Notes: a model not told the origin generated them from the letters alone. Positions 14,015 through 27,136 are shown, numbered from the stretch's first letter. The stretch is 54,452 nucleotides of DNA from Phoronis australis (GCA_002633005.1 NMRA01000895.1:53490-107941), one strand, 5' to 3'. Numbers and translations are program-made.

Positions 14015-14499
14015 AAATTTACCAACCTAAAAGTTATTATCAGTAGCCGTTGCTGTAAATATAATTGCCCTTCAGTGACGGACTAGGGCTATACTACATC
14101 GTCTATAATATCTGCACTGCATTAAAGCCTGACTGAAATTTAGATTTCAGGCCCAAAATTGTGAAGAGTGAATAAAATAGACTCCATGTAGGTGTCACTA
14201 AATCAATCTCAACAATGTAACACGAGCAGCCATTACAAAAGGATTGTGTCTATACACATTGATATCTGAAAAGTTGTATATACTCTGAACATTACAGTTG
14301 TATGGATATAAGGTGTCCCTGAATTGTTACAATAATATTCTGAAATAAAAAAATAACAGGACACGGTCTAACTGGGCATCCAAGCTTGAATTGCGCCATG
14401 ATTTCCAAAATATTGCCACTAATGCTCATACTAAACTTCTAATTGTACCGACATGTAGTTGAGATTGCTGACCTAATTGTGCTCCTACACTCTGCACGA

Positions 14500-14817
14500 C
14501 TACATGTACGCAGGGCGTCCTCCGGGGAAGATAAGTCGGCACAACTCTGAGTCTTGCTGATTGATGAAATCATAGATATACTCTACTCTGACTCCTTGCT
14601 CAACAGTGGTCAGACGAAATACCCCTGGGGGCAACACGATGTTATGACCAATTGTGTGCATGACAGCCAAGCACGCCTCCTGTTGGTCGTCAGCTACAAA
14701 CCCCGGACTTCCTGAGCTGCCGGGACCGAATTTTGAACTGGATTGGTAAAGCGCTCCCCGTGTATCTGCTATTATCCTGAACATGTCTGTGTTAGTTGTC
14801 TTGTGTAGTTCAAGGAG
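14500..14817 (-). CDS. FAM111-like trypsin-fold serine protease, last exon (catalytic Ser)
   Basis: Acceptor ttgctcttgcag, phase 0. Encodes LLELHK...KFGPGSSGSPGF...LAVMHTIG...TVEQG...PAYM*, compared with FAM111A GASGSPVF...VAMHAAG...IIEFG. Confidence 0.88.
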   Translation of the reverse strand, partial: LLELHKTTNTDMFRIIADTRGALYQSSSKFGPGSSGSPGFVADDQQEACLAVMHTIGHNIVLPPGVFRLTTVEQGVRVEYIYDFINQQDSELCRLIFPGGRPAYM

Positions 14818-15552
14818 CTGCAAGAGCAATAAACGGAATTGAAAAACGGTGTCTAAAATCTCTGAATAGTGCGACACTCATCCATTATCACATTCTGAAG
14901 GTATACATGGACTATACTGTACATAACCGTGTTGTGTCAAACTTTTCTTAAAACCTACCTACTGGTATCAAATTGACCATAGTTGTCTTCTTACGCAAAC
15001 TAGATATGATTTGTGGACATAAGCGAGGGAAGTACTACCGCCGCAGTCAGTTTTATTGACACCGAGGCGCAAAATCACGTGACTCTGGGTGGACTGAGGT
15101 GACACGCCTACATGTAACATAACCTGACGAGATCGTGTCAAGCCAACATGTTATGAACCTTGTGTCATGCAATAATGAACTTTGAGTTCATTCTGAGAAC
15201 GGAACAATGTGAGAGGACAGAGCCTTGAAATAAACACGAGAAAACAAAATCATTGTTTCTTTTTGCCAGAGCGATTTTTACCCAGGCCTTGAGCAATGAG
15301 TTAAATCAAAAATTGAGTTTACACACTTTCTAGAAACTAAGTACTGTTTTGTTTTGTCAGCAATCTGGATGAGGGGAGTCTAGAGCCTTGCCGCCATGCT
15401 GCATGTAGCATACAGAATGCACAAAGGAAACTCTGCCGCTTACTGTCCGTACCGTACACTGTCCAGTCAAGTATATAATATTTGATCACACTGCATTTGA
15501 AAACAATAGTGTAACATGAATGGCTTTTCTCATAGAGTGACGCCACTCGTAC

Positions 15553-15884
15553 CTTCGCTTTATCGCCGTCCGTTAGGTGCTCAATTTTACATTGAGTATC
15601 CAAAACCTTCTCTTTGCCGTGAGGGTGACCAGCAAAGTGTAGATATTCCTGTCTCCCGATAGCTTTAAACTTAGTCAGTGGTAGGGGCAGCAAGTCCTTG
15701 TTTATCCTCTTACACGGATTGAAGTTTACCGGAAGTGCAGCGTTGAAATCTAGCTCTACAACAGCCATGTCGAGGTCTTCGTCACTTGTTACGACTGAGA
15801 GGATGGGCGCTGCATGGATTAAACCTTGGCTAAGGGATTGCATTAGTGACTTGTTGAAATGAAATAGCACAGCATTGCTTCCGA
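15553..15884 (-). CDS. FAM111-like protease exon (catalytic Asp)
   Basis: Acceptor ctcttgtttcag (phase 1) and donor AAG|gtacga (phase 0). Encodes DEDLDMAVVEL and FAGHPHGKEKVLDTQC, compared with FAM111A EELDYAVLKL and IIGHPYGEKKQIDAC. Confidence 0.88.
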
Positions 15885-16447
15885 CTGAAACAAGAGATGA
15901 AATAACTGTTATAATCGAAAGTAGAGGACAGCACCCAAAAGAAAATCTCGGCGAGAAAAGAAATTTTCATAAACTATTAGTACCACGGAATCGAACGTTC
16001 TATCTGCGCAGCTTTAGCCTAACACTCCGCAGCAGAGCAAAATCCCACGCGTTCACTGCAGTATGTAGATTATTTGAAGGATATTTAAATGGTAAAGCTA
16101 CAGGTCTTGAATGTCTCACAGACAAAAGGCTAGAATCGGCGATTTGAAATAAAACAAAAAACATACAAAGGATGTTGTTGTTTTAATTGTTTTAATTAAA
16201 GCTCGGATTGTGTAGCAGTCAATGGGAATAAGTGTTGTGACTGGTGACGGCACTGGTTACGTACAGTACATGTAGATACCCTCGTATACGTAGAAAAGTG
16301 GCCTTCCCCCAGACTTCAAAAAGCGGCCTGTTAGCATCACCTCGTATATGCACAAAAGTGTCAATACAGCGCGGATTCCAGAAAAGCAATCTGTTAGTAT
16401 CTCCAAATAATGCCAAGTCCATTAAGCCGGTGCCAGCTTGTACTTAC

Positions 16448-16678
16448 GCGGGTCACTCAGCTCCTTTGCAACGTGCCAATTCGTCATGACGTATGTAGGA
16501 CCGACTCGGAACCCAGACCCCAATTCATGTCCATCCGACTTTGCAAGCAATACGACAGATGGAAGCACCTCTGCAAGAGACTGGTGCAAGTGTGCCGACG
16601 TCACCTTCTTGTTAACATCATGGAACAGTGTGGTTGAACCGGTTGACTGTGGAGGAGGCTGTATGAGTGGGAACAAAT
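16448..16678 (-). CDS. FAM111-like protease exon (catalytic His)
   Basis: Acceptor gtttttacag and donor C|gtaagt, phase 1-1. Encodes ...SVVLLAKSDGHELGSGFRVGPTYVMTNWHVAKEL. Confidence 0.88.
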
Positions 16679-16808
16679 CTGTAAAAACATACAGCGAATA
16701 CCTGTAACAACAGGGAACAAATTTATTCAAATGGGACACTTCCAAGAGTTAATCTGAAACGGACATTTATCTACAAATTACAATATCTCCTTGGAATTAG
16801 TCATTTAC

Positions 16809-16940
16809 TAGAAAGCCTTTGACCATTGCCCAGTATTTCCAATACGCCGTCGTTTTGTTTTCTTATTTTCAGGGTGACTTCCATCTCATCCTCGGTGATA
16901 CGTTTGCCTTTTGATCTGGTAAAATCCTCAAGTCTCATAC
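16809..16940 (-). CDS. FAM111-like protease gene, linker exon
   Basis: Acceptor gtttttcag and donor A|gtaaat, phase 1-1. Open frame MRLEDFTRSKGKRITEDEMEVTLKIRKQNDGVLEILGNGQRLS joins the His exon in frame. An ATG start at 16938 would give 336 aa. Confidence 0.7.
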
Positions 16941-18149
16941 CTGAAAAACCCATTGTTTATCTGACATATTGATTTAGACAAGAAGAGCAAGTGGAACGGA
17001 AATGGGTCAGGTCAATTCATAGTTCTGACATCTCCAAAAAGCTTAACATTTCAGCTAGCCAGTTTGCTGGAGCATGAATTTGTACTAAACGGTATCCATT
17101 ATTTTATCTCACAAACATGGGTTCCAGACAGAAATGCTGAGCTGATTTTATGGTGCTCATTGGGGCCTTGCAGTGCAGATAAAAGAGATACAAGCAAATT
17201 TTATAATAAAATTTGCTTGTATCTCTTTTATCTGCACTGCAAGGCCCCAAATTATATTATAAAATTTGTTCATCACAATCATAGCCGTATACGTCTGAAT
17301 AAAGCATGGGCGAGCGTTAAGTACATTTGATAAATCTTTAGAAGAATTAACTCCCGCCACGCCCCTTGAACACGTGGCGTACTTCAAACAGACTAAGAAA
17401 TAGTACGTTGTTTGGTTTTGATTGTTTTTTTTTCCTTACAAGCTTTGGTTATGAATTCAAGACTGACGCAAGGCCAACCTGTTTCTCAGCTGCAAAACGC
17501 AGTTTGGTGGATTGATTTTGCAACATAGTTTGTCATTGATTAACAGAAAAAAGTAACAATATATTTGTGGCAAAAGAACCCCTAAATTTTCCGATTGGTT
17601 GATGTTTAGAAAAACATCAGAAGACTGCTCTATCTATTGGGAAATGCTTTTGTTCCTGGTGGTTACTGTGCAATCAAGACAACATACTACATTGATGCAT
17701 TCCAGACGAGTTTGTGTTTTAGACACTTACAAAACTCCAAAAGTGCCAAATAAAACAACATTCACCATACTTTCCAGACCTATTTCCGTTTAAGTGAAAA
17801 CCAAAACATGATCATTGTTGTAATACATAAAATTCTGTGTGCTGTTCGTCAATATTTCGGGTGACCCCGTTACCCTATTCATGTAATCTGTACACATGTA
17901 CATGTAGTTGACGCTGTTATCCAAGGTAACGACTGACCATCGAATATAACGTTACGTCCGTACAAACTTCCACACTTGTATTAAACCCGCTTAAAAAGAT
18001 GCAAGGTGATGAAGCATGATATGTAACGATGACCAAATGGGTGAATGCTTGTTGTATGAAAAGGTCAAAGTTTCAGAAGAAAAATGCACTTGAAGACCCA
18101 GTGGTTGCTCCAAATGACCAACGCAAAACTAACTTCAGAACAAGTGGGA

Positions 18150-20010
18150 AAACCAGCAGAACGCAAGTTTTGATCAGTGGTACTGACAGCAATGTTTTAC
18201 TGGGTACTGGAAGTACAGTTTTAACGGTAGCACTTTTCTTTTATAATGAGTATCTTGACGGAATGAAAATTGCGGAACAATTATAGAACATTGAATGTGC
18301 TAATGGCAACCCTTTGCCGCATTGAGGTTATGTTCGAACTAATGTGGTCCTAAGTGTTTTTCTGAAATTGACTACTTGCTAAGCGTAGTTGCTGACAGTG
18401 CTTATACTTCTCATGTATCAGTTTTGCTAGGTGCCAACTGCCTCTATCTAATCATGAAGAGCTACAAAGACCTATACGGTATGAGATTTCTTCAGACATC
18501 GAAGCTCGCGCGTCCTTGGTACTCAGCGTTCAGATGTTTGTCTTAACGTGATCGGGAGATGGAGAAGAATCGTTTCTCCCCGGGCGTCGTCAGAAGAGCA
18601 GTGACTTAAAGAGTGGAGTCGAATACTAATGAGCATGCTACCATTAAAAGTACTGTTGTTAATCATTTGCTATATCCCACTATGCTTGCTGACTGATGGT
18701 GTGTTAGACATCCATGATGGAAATATTACAGCGAGAACTATCGCAATTCCTAGTTGAGCCACTGTGTTTAGCTATAATTCATTACTTTGGGAAGCCAGCT
18801 TGGTGTTGGCGGTGATACGGGCGACATTGATTCGTTGCAAAATCTTATTGACATCAGCTCTTTTCTCACCTGAGATGAGCATGAACATTGTTTTGATCTG
18901 TTATCGGAATTTCTTAGCGTCATTCCTGGTAAGGACGAAGGTATTAAACACTACAGCACAGTGATAGATCTCAGCGACGGAATTCCATTCATGTAGCTTA
19001 CGAGATACAGTAATCCTTCTGTTTAAGATGAAGTGATAAGCCATTTACAGCAGCTGTTTTCGACTGGTATCATTCGAAAGTCCAGGAGCCGAGAAATGTT
19101 GATTTGGAAAGAAAGACGATAATTTGCAACTTGTGTCGACTTTTTGCAACTAAGCAAAAGAAAAATCACAGATTTCTACTTGTTACCATGGAAGGGGGAA
19201 ATTTTGGACCATTTGAGTGGTCGGAGTACTTTTCAGTACTGTATATGAAATCTGGGTATCACCAGATCGAAATCGACGGAAAACAGAAAGAGCGTATTGG
19301 GTTTACAGTGGGTCGTTTAGGGTTCTATGAGTGCAATTGCATTGTAATCGGTTAGTGCAAATCTCCAGGTACGTAACAACGTCTGATGGAAGAAATCCTT
19401 ACAAGACAAGTGTCATATGCTGAGATGGTATCAATTTTAGAAATAGCCTAAACGAACATTTACGCCGACTGCGAGGTGTTTTGGAGAGATTAAGACAGAA
19501 TGAACTGAAACTGACTCAAAAGAAAGGTGTTCTTCTAATGTCCCGGGTCAGGTACTTACAGTGCGGGAAATGTGGTATTTAACGATGGCGTGGGAGCAGA
19601 TCCAGAAAAAATTAAATACCCTAGGAACTGGCCAGCACTGGGAAGGTACGACAATTTCTGGGTTTCGAATGCAGGCTACCATTCGAGTCATACACTGGCC
19701 CTTGTCATCATGGATTTTGGAACAGTTCTATATCAAGAACACGATGAAGAGAAAAAAGTACTTAGTTACGATAGCCGTGATCTTAGTCAGAATTACATTC
19801 ATGCAGCATTTTGTAAATAACTCCGTGCTTTAAGGTGGACCGTCAAATGCAAACTTCATGATTATATGCATGGTTGCAGATCCGCAGTGTCTACCGATAA
19901 TAATCAACTGACTAACGTTTGAACCTCAGCCCAGCGGGATGCAACTGGTCATCGATGGTGAACAATCTTGACAAAGTACAATTTTGATTTATAGACCTGG
20001 CAGAAACAAC
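18150..20010 (+). mobile_element. Decayed Ty3/Gypsy retrotransposon pol (protease-RT-RNase H) in an intron
   Basis: Protease relic LLGTGSTV / CANGNPLP..GYV. RT relic MKSGYHQIEI...GFYECN..G*CKSPGT*QRLM and GVGADPEKI. RNase H relic GTVLYQ...SYDSR...HDYMHG...TDNNQLT...GHRW...YRPGRNN. Many stops and frameshifts; no LTRs or integrase seen. Confidence 0.9.
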
Positions 20011-20024
20011 ATGTACGCACTCAC

Positions 20025-20150
20025 CAGCACTCGCTTCTAAAGTCCGGTCGGATGAGCCCGTAGTCGTTAATTCCGTCGCACCTTGTCGAACTTCACTGCC
20101 ACCGCCGCATTCTTCGATTTTTTTAACTGACCTTTTTGTCTCGTGTGTTT
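20025..20150 (-). CDS. Probable upstream exon of the FAM111-like protease gene
   Basis: Acceptor ctaatcctcag, donor G|gtgagt, 126 nt, phase 1-1. Open frame THETKRSVKKIEECGGGSEVRQGATELTTTGSSDRTLEASA joins 16940 in frame (..SA-G-MRLEDF). Both splice sites are also present in the paralogous copy at 33923-34049. Confidence 0.65.
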
Positions 20151-20510
20151 CTGAGGATTAGAGTGAATGATATTTGTATCGTTAATAAGCACTCAGTGGA
20201 AGTTGTCAATCACTATACGTTGAAAACTAAGCTAGCCTTCTTACATAAAAGAGGAACCATTGCACAAACACTGCCCCCCTACAACCAGTAGATGTTAAGT
20301 GTTAACTGCCTCAAAGCATTTCTTGTGGAAAGAGGGTGAAAATAGAACAGGTGTTGGATAGAACCATTTCTTGATAAAAATTGTGCGGGAAAATTCCACG
20401 CGATTCTTAATGTCCACATATCGAAGGGCATTCTGGTTCAAAAATTTAAAAATACACAATGTGACATCCTTTATTTTCTGTTATCAAACTGAACGACTTT
20501 TTGCACAACT

Positions 20511-20566
20511 TTGTTCCTCGGCCGAAAATCAACGACTATACTAGTTGATTTTCGGCAGAGGTACAA
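20511..20566. repeat. Hairpin/inverted repeat, probably a MITE core
   Basis: 23-bp arms TTGTTCCTCGGCCGAAAATCAAC and GTTGATTTTCGGCAGAGGTACAA, with 2 mismatches and a 10-nt loop. Confidence 0.75.
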
Positions 20567-20809
20567 CACAAAAGTGAATAGTATTCACTTCTATTTTCAT
20601 GACCTGATCTCCCGTGTGTCAGTTCAAGAATCGTTCCTGAATGTCAGCCATGTTGTCCTTGAAAGCGTATTGACATCACCGTGAGCGTAAATGCGTCGTT
20701 ACTTTGTTTGACTGTTTTTGATTCTCTATTTGTTTTTTATACAAACATGATTACTTATTGTCCTAATTTTACTGTGTTCATTGCATATTACAATGGAATC
20801 TAATACATG

Positions 20810-21068
20810 TAAATGCCAGAATGGACTTAATCAGTCGTCAGTGTAAGATATTGACCACAACTGTCATCCGCGCATCTTGATGTTGTGCTATACAACCGAA
20901 CAAATTGGACTCAACGAGAGAACGTCGTAATTTCAAAAGGAGAGAACGCAGCCTCAGTTCCTATCCCGGGCATCGCAAGGGACTGTCAACTTTTCTTCTC
21001 TCACACACGGTATTATTTTATCAAGGATCTAAAGTACCTCAAATCAAGCACCAAGCCGTTGTTGGCGA
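20810..21068. repeat. Segment duplicated at ~31648-31925
   Basis: Collinear similarity: AATGCCAGAATGGACT...TTGGACT...CTCAGTTCCTATCCCG...CACGGTATTA...TTGTTGGCG is present in both copies. Confidence 0.8.
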
Positions 21069-22265
21069 TCAAATTCTTTTGATCACATTGATTTGACTTA
21101 AAATGCACCGGATTGACCCAAAATGGGTCAAGGGGTGCATTCCATCAAATTGCTTCTTCTCCTACAGTTTTTTAGATAGACTCTCCGAAATTTGATAACA
21201 AGCAGGCACTACAGATCTGCACCCGGAATTTACGTGGAATTTAAATCGGATCAAGGGTACCCAGTTTCTGGGTCAAAGGTCATTAAGTGCGAAAGTGATT
21301 TTTGAGCTACACCTTACATAATCACGTATATAGTTTTCATTCGTGAAGAAATTTCAGTCTCAAAATTTGGGGTCATTATGTGCAACTGTGTGGTCATTAG
21401 TTGCAGTTTTCCGTTGGTATTCTAACTCTTCACTCTTGCTCTTTCATAGTTACCATTAACATCTCTCTCTCTCTTTCACGCAAAGGATGCATTTTCTATG
21501 CAACGTAATGACCCTATACATTACTATGCACATGCATACACCACGCGCAGAGTTGTAAGTGTGCATACGCAATTGCGTTCTAGTTGTTATTACTGTTCAA
21601 TTTATTTACTGAGGATACCGTGCAAAATACACAATACTGTATTAGCAAATTGCTACACATCAGGGTCTTTAAAGTGCATGGCCTAGAGAAATGAACACTG
21701 AAATAACAAGGAATTCTTGAAGAGGTGAAACCTTCACCATGTTTAGTTATCTGATGTATTTTACTATTTTCGTTTGAATGCGTGTTTCATTGCAAGAACG
21801 TTTCGACATTAACAGACTTATTTACTGACGCTTTAAACTCCTTTAGTCTGGAGTTGAAACTATACGGTTATATTTTTGAACAAACCAAGAAACTATTCAT
21901 GTTAAAAACAATGAAAATCCAATTAGGGCACATCTATAAACTCGAGTTGACACATTTGACCGATTTTCATTCAAGCAATCGGAGAAAACCGCTAAGACCG
22001 TGAATCTTTTTTCTCCGTTTGACAAATAAAATGCAAACACCTGAAATGCGACGCCGCTTTCGTATAATGTAACGATGGTAAATTTCTTGCATTTAACGTA
22101 AATTTTAAGAATTGCATTAAATCTACCAACTTGATACAGTTTAGGAGAGTTCTACAGTAGCAACGTAAATTGTAACAATGTCGTAAACTGAAACAGCTGT
22201 TACAATGTACATTTAAAGAAAATGTTCCGTTTTACCGCGTACATGCCCACCCTGTACCTATGTAC

Positions 22266-22418
22266 CTGTGGAGCCTTGGCGCTAGTATGAATAGACAGCC
22301 TATTCAGAGGCGATATGATGACATTTCTAGCGCCCAACTGTGCGCCTGTAGTCTCAATCACCGAAGTGGAGGTACTTCTAGGATATTCTAACCCGGTGCT
22401 TACATGTAGTGTCGACAT
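22266..22418 (-). other. Short ORF / candidate exon with RHIM-like motif
   Basis: Encodes VIETTGAQLGARNVIIS, which aligns to the RIPK1 RHIM IYNSTGIQIGAYNYMEI. Possible donor CAG|gtacat (phase 0); the acceptor is weak. Confidence 0.3.
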
Positions 22419-24139
22419 TTTCTCCTACATGTACATGTACATATCCGTCATTGATTTACCACGTGGAATATAGAGAAGACCTAGTGTTCTTGCAAAAGTT
22501 ATATATACATGTACATGTAGTTGCAATTTTTGAAAAATACTACTACTAAAGACTTACATGTACGAGTGAATTTCTGAATGCAGTGGCGATATTCTACTCA
22601 TTTGTTTACCAATCTACTTGAAAATCACTAACCAGCTTGGATTTTGCTTATCACAATCATCATCGTCATTAATTTCGCCTAGTGTCGCTTAGATTGTAGG
22701 GAGCACTGAGCAGTCAGGCTGCGGGCAAGGGCACTGTCTACATTTATTATATTTTGGTCCTCTTTAAATAAAGGTTATTATTATTGTTATTATCATTTAT
22801 TATTATAAATAACACTTCTAATATTAAAGAAGCATTCTAAAGATTATACCTATGAGAAAGCACCTAATTTAACAAGAATGTGTACCCTTCATTGCTTCCC
22901 ATGTGTAACTTGCTTCAAATAGATCTTGATCAGTACAATAATCTCAGCAGAAAATCATTATGGTCAACATATACATACCTCCAGTCAACTCCTGATACTT
23001 TAAAGTTATGTGGAACTTAATTGACAAGTATGTGAAAGTGTTTGTGCAGTCAGCTTGACATAGATCCATCTTGCAAATCATAACGAACATGACCAAGTGT
23101 TTCATCATGCACAGCCCTAGGTGGCAACTCGGTGGCCCTCTCTTCGGAATTCAAAGTGGGAGGTCAGTGGCAACTTGGGTGTCAGTGAAATCAATGACAA
23201 TGGGTATGGCGGGTGCAAAGGTGGAGACCGGGAACGACAGTTTGATGATGCCCTATATTTGGGCAAACCTACACGTTGCAAGTGTAAGCACCGAAGGTCT
23301 AGGGCCAGATTCGTTGGTGGTCACGGGTGTATTTCATGCCAATTAGCTGGAACGGAAGACGGGTTCAAAGACAGAGCAAAAAGCCCCTTCGATGACATGA
23401 ACTACAAACAGAGATGTTATGAAAGACCAATCAGAAGTTATTTTCAAAGTTGTCTCTTTCCCCACTTTGAGTTATTGAGTCCTCATATTATGAGTTATCG
23501 TCGAAAAATATGCAATTTTTTTCTATTAAGTATCCAAAAGTAAATATGTAAATTTAATCGTGCCATTGAGTCTAACGCGAAAAGGAAGCCAAAACCACTA
23601 AGCGCAGTTGGGGGCAGCTCTTGCAGGCGATTGTTTTCCAATGAAGTGTTCATAAATGGAAATGGTGAGATAACGTGAAAAAAGTACATTTTCTCATATT
23701 TTTGTCAAAAAATAAAAAGTGTACACTCACGGTTGAAAGTAGAATTTCTAGCAGTTCGATGTAAATATCATTAAAATTGGTTCCCTAACGGCCATTTAGC
23801 AGATGAAAGTTTGACTCCTACTGTAAGTCACAAGAATTTATCGGTGAGTGAAAAATATGTGAGGTGCTCGCTTTACTTCAATTTTTAAAAATACTCATTA
23901 ATGCCCGAATATTTTGTAATGGATATCAATAGAAAGAACAAAAAGTAAATATTTCACTGGCATGCTTTTCATTTTACACCACGTAGCAGAATACGAGGTA
24001 TGAGCTTGTCAATATCATGGTAAAATTTCACTCTTGCTGAATTCCGCCATATTGGTTTGCTAACCCTGACTCTACATATACGCATCGGCTTTATGGGAAC
24101 ATGTTTGTGCTTTGATCGCAGATTTTTTGCAAACTCGCT

Positions 24140-24450
24140 AGAGCAGGACACCTTGAAAGGTATTAGAAGAAAGAACAATTGCTAATGGTTTTTTGAAACC
24201 CTGTTTTGTGTAAATTTTTTGAGTTTTATGTTTAATGTGGACGGCTGAAGTGAAGCACCTGTGGAATTACTTGTCCCGCGTGTCATACCTTGTAGTATTA
24301 TATGCAGAAGCTGAGAACACCTTTGAATTGCTCATGGTTTGCTGAACCGTTGTTTTGTGTACATTTATTGAGTTTTGCATTTGATATGGACGGCTGTAGT
24401 GGCCCAGTGAAGCACACATGACATGTTTTGTCCTGAGTGTCATATTGTGT
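24140..24450. repeat. Diverged tandem duplication, ~150-bp unit x2
   Basis: AATTGCT.ATGGTTT...TGTTTTGTGTA...TGGACGGCTG...GTGAAGCAC...GTGTCATA occurs twice. Confidence 0.7.
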
Positions 24451-26014
24451 GGTTGGGGGGTTTCTCTTTGATTGAATATTTTGTTTATTTGCGTAACTCT
24501 TTAAGGCTTTCTCTATAAAATTAGTTAAGTACAGTGTTTACATAGCTGTTCTAGGGATGAAGTGAACTCAAAAATTTGCTTGTGTAACCTGTTTCGCCCA
24601 TGCAAAGTAGCTTTACTTAAATTTGAATTCGACCTCCGCAACTGTGCTGTGGGGTTTTAAAGATGATTATGAACTTCCATCTATTTTCATATGCCCATTT
24701 TACACGTTCTATCTCATTTTAGTTGTTTAACAAGGAAATTCCAAATGCCCAAATATCATAATCCAAAACAATTTCTGGACTATAGGTTATGTTATGAAAT
24801 GTAAACAATCCACGTTTTGTTGCTGTGTTTACTTCTTTGACAACATTGTTGACCTTGTGCACACGCAGCATCACTCAATAAATGGGGCACTCAGCCTCGT
24901 CTCCAGCCACAACATGGTGCTGATCAGTTAAGATATTTGAGTCTTGGTAATGGGAAATGAAATGTGTCAGAATTTTTACAGAAATGGCCGGAATGTCACA
25001 CGTAATTTCAAAATTTTCTGCAGTTTTGTATAAAAATAAAACTAATGGTATATTGTAGCAATTCAGATTAAAATTATTGCAAAAATTGATGTATTTTGAT
25101 TGAAAAACAGGTTAATACTATTAATAAGACTTGAAAAAAGCACAACATTTGTTTCAGACAATAAGTAAAAAAAATGCCTTCTGTCACATAAATGGTTGCA
25201 ATGTGAAAATAATTACCATCTGCCTTTGACGTCAAGGAATTGGTTAATCGTTGTGCAGAAAGTAATTCCCATAACCAAGCCTCAAATGGCTAAACCCATA
25301 AGCGCCATCTTGAGGTTGGGAACAAAGTTGAAAAGGTCACATCAGTGTCACTATTGTTTAAGACTTTTTGTAACAGATTGTGAAGTATTTTTTAGGAATT
25401 TTAAAATGGCGACAAAATAGACATTTTGAGATGAAATGGAATGAATAAAAAGTCGCTTCTGAAAATATTTATTACAAGAAACTGAAGTCCTACAACCAGC
25501 TGTATTACTTGTGTTAGGAAAGGATGAAACATTTATATCTTGCAGATTATACATTCCAAATAAGCTTCGTGGTCAAATGGTATACAGTGTCTTTAGGTTA
25601 TTCATATTATGCATAACTTATCTGGAAAATTTATAGTTAAGTCTTTAACTTTGTACTCTAAGATACTAAGCAGGGTTTGTTTTATTTTAGGGATTGTGAT
25701 CAAGGAGCAGACTAATGCTAATGCAAACTTTATAGGAAAAGAGGCACCATGTTCCGAAACGTTGGAGACAGGGAGGGAGGGTGAAGACTGTGAAGCTGCC
25801 AGTCCACTAATAAGCTGTGACAGTTTTGTAAAAAGTAATTAGCTGCTTAGTTGTTAATATATTTCATAATTTTTTGTAACATATTTTACATGAGCAGTTT
25901 CATAGTAATAAATATATTAAAGAAAAAGATTCTTTTCTTCTTGTAAGTCACATCAGCAGATGCAATGACCAACAAAGCGAACGTTGTAGGAGTTAAAAAC
26001 CTGAAGCATTTCCT

Positions 26015-26361
26015 GCTTTCGGCCTGTAAAGGCAACACAAGTGTTTCAATATTGGCACTTTACTGGCCCACCACTGCACTTTTGTTTATGTAATTTGTGT
26101 ACTGGCTTAATATGAGCCCATCAATGGCCCTGTACTGGGCCAACACAATCTGTCAATACTGGCCCTTTACAGGGCCGAAACCGGTTATTGGTGTACTGGC
26201 CCAGTAATGGCGTGGTACTGGTCCTTTACTGGCTCGATATCGCAATCTTGTACCGGGGCCAATATGGGGAAGGTGTGCAGAATGTTATTGGGCCGGTACT
26301 GGCCTGAAGTACATCATTGGGACAATACAGAATACAGTTTAGGGGCATTATTGGCCCAGTA
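26015..26361. repeat. Cryptic repeat of TACTGGCCC-like motifs in both orientations
   Basis: Dense TACTGGCC(C)/TACTGGGCC/GGCCCAGTA variants, GC-richer than the flanks. Confidence 0.6.
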
Positions 26362-27136
26362 CCTACAAGTTTAGGTGCATTCCACTGTATTTGTGCCATG
26401 GACTTAAAATTTTCAAATCACCCATTAAACTTTCATTTTGATGTTTACACATAGTTTAATCATTGAATTTTGTTGTCTGCAGGTTCATTTTCTGTTAGTC
26501 TTAGAAATTTTGGCTTTTATCGGACGGAAGGTTTATCTCTTATTTGTAAAATTTTGTGTTACAGATGTGACATAACTTTTCTTATTTCTTTCTACACACA
26601 TGAAGAAATTAATGCCAAAATTGTTTTAAACAGTACACACCATAGATTTTTGCACATTTTGAATTACCGGTGGCCACAGACTAAATGTATGCCGTAAAAT
26701 TTAGCTAAACCCATGTTTATTTTGTGTAATTAGCTCGAAATTTTGATTTTTCTTTCAATTTTGACAATTTTCACATTTCCCGCCATGTGACGTCATGGGT
26801 TGAACACAAGAGATCAGTTACTAGCATTGAACAATGGCGGAGTGCAGTAAATTTGAAAGCAACGACGATTATGAGCAAGAATTGAATGAATACTATGAAG
26901 AAACGTACGGGAATGGTGGCCAGGATGAGGAAATGGGGTTGCACGAAAGCGAAAACAAGTTTGATGTGCTTCCGGCTGCGTACTTTTCTAATTTGAGCCT
27001 TACGGACTGGATCCTCCCGCGAGAGAAGCGGCCTCGGGCTCGGCGAGTCAACCCAGTCATCCAACAGACGATCCTGAATTAAGAGCCGATGTTTCTGAAT
27101 GATAAATATTGTCCTTTATTGAACCAGGCCGTCATC

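Noticed and set aside
20245-20278. Phase 0-1 bridge exon between the RHIM-like frame and exon 20150
   Set aside because: The join creates a T|AA stop, and the donor is not conserved in the paralogous copy.
23071-23543. 140-aa and 91-aa overlapping ORFs
   Set aside because: No recognisable motif or consistent splice structure.
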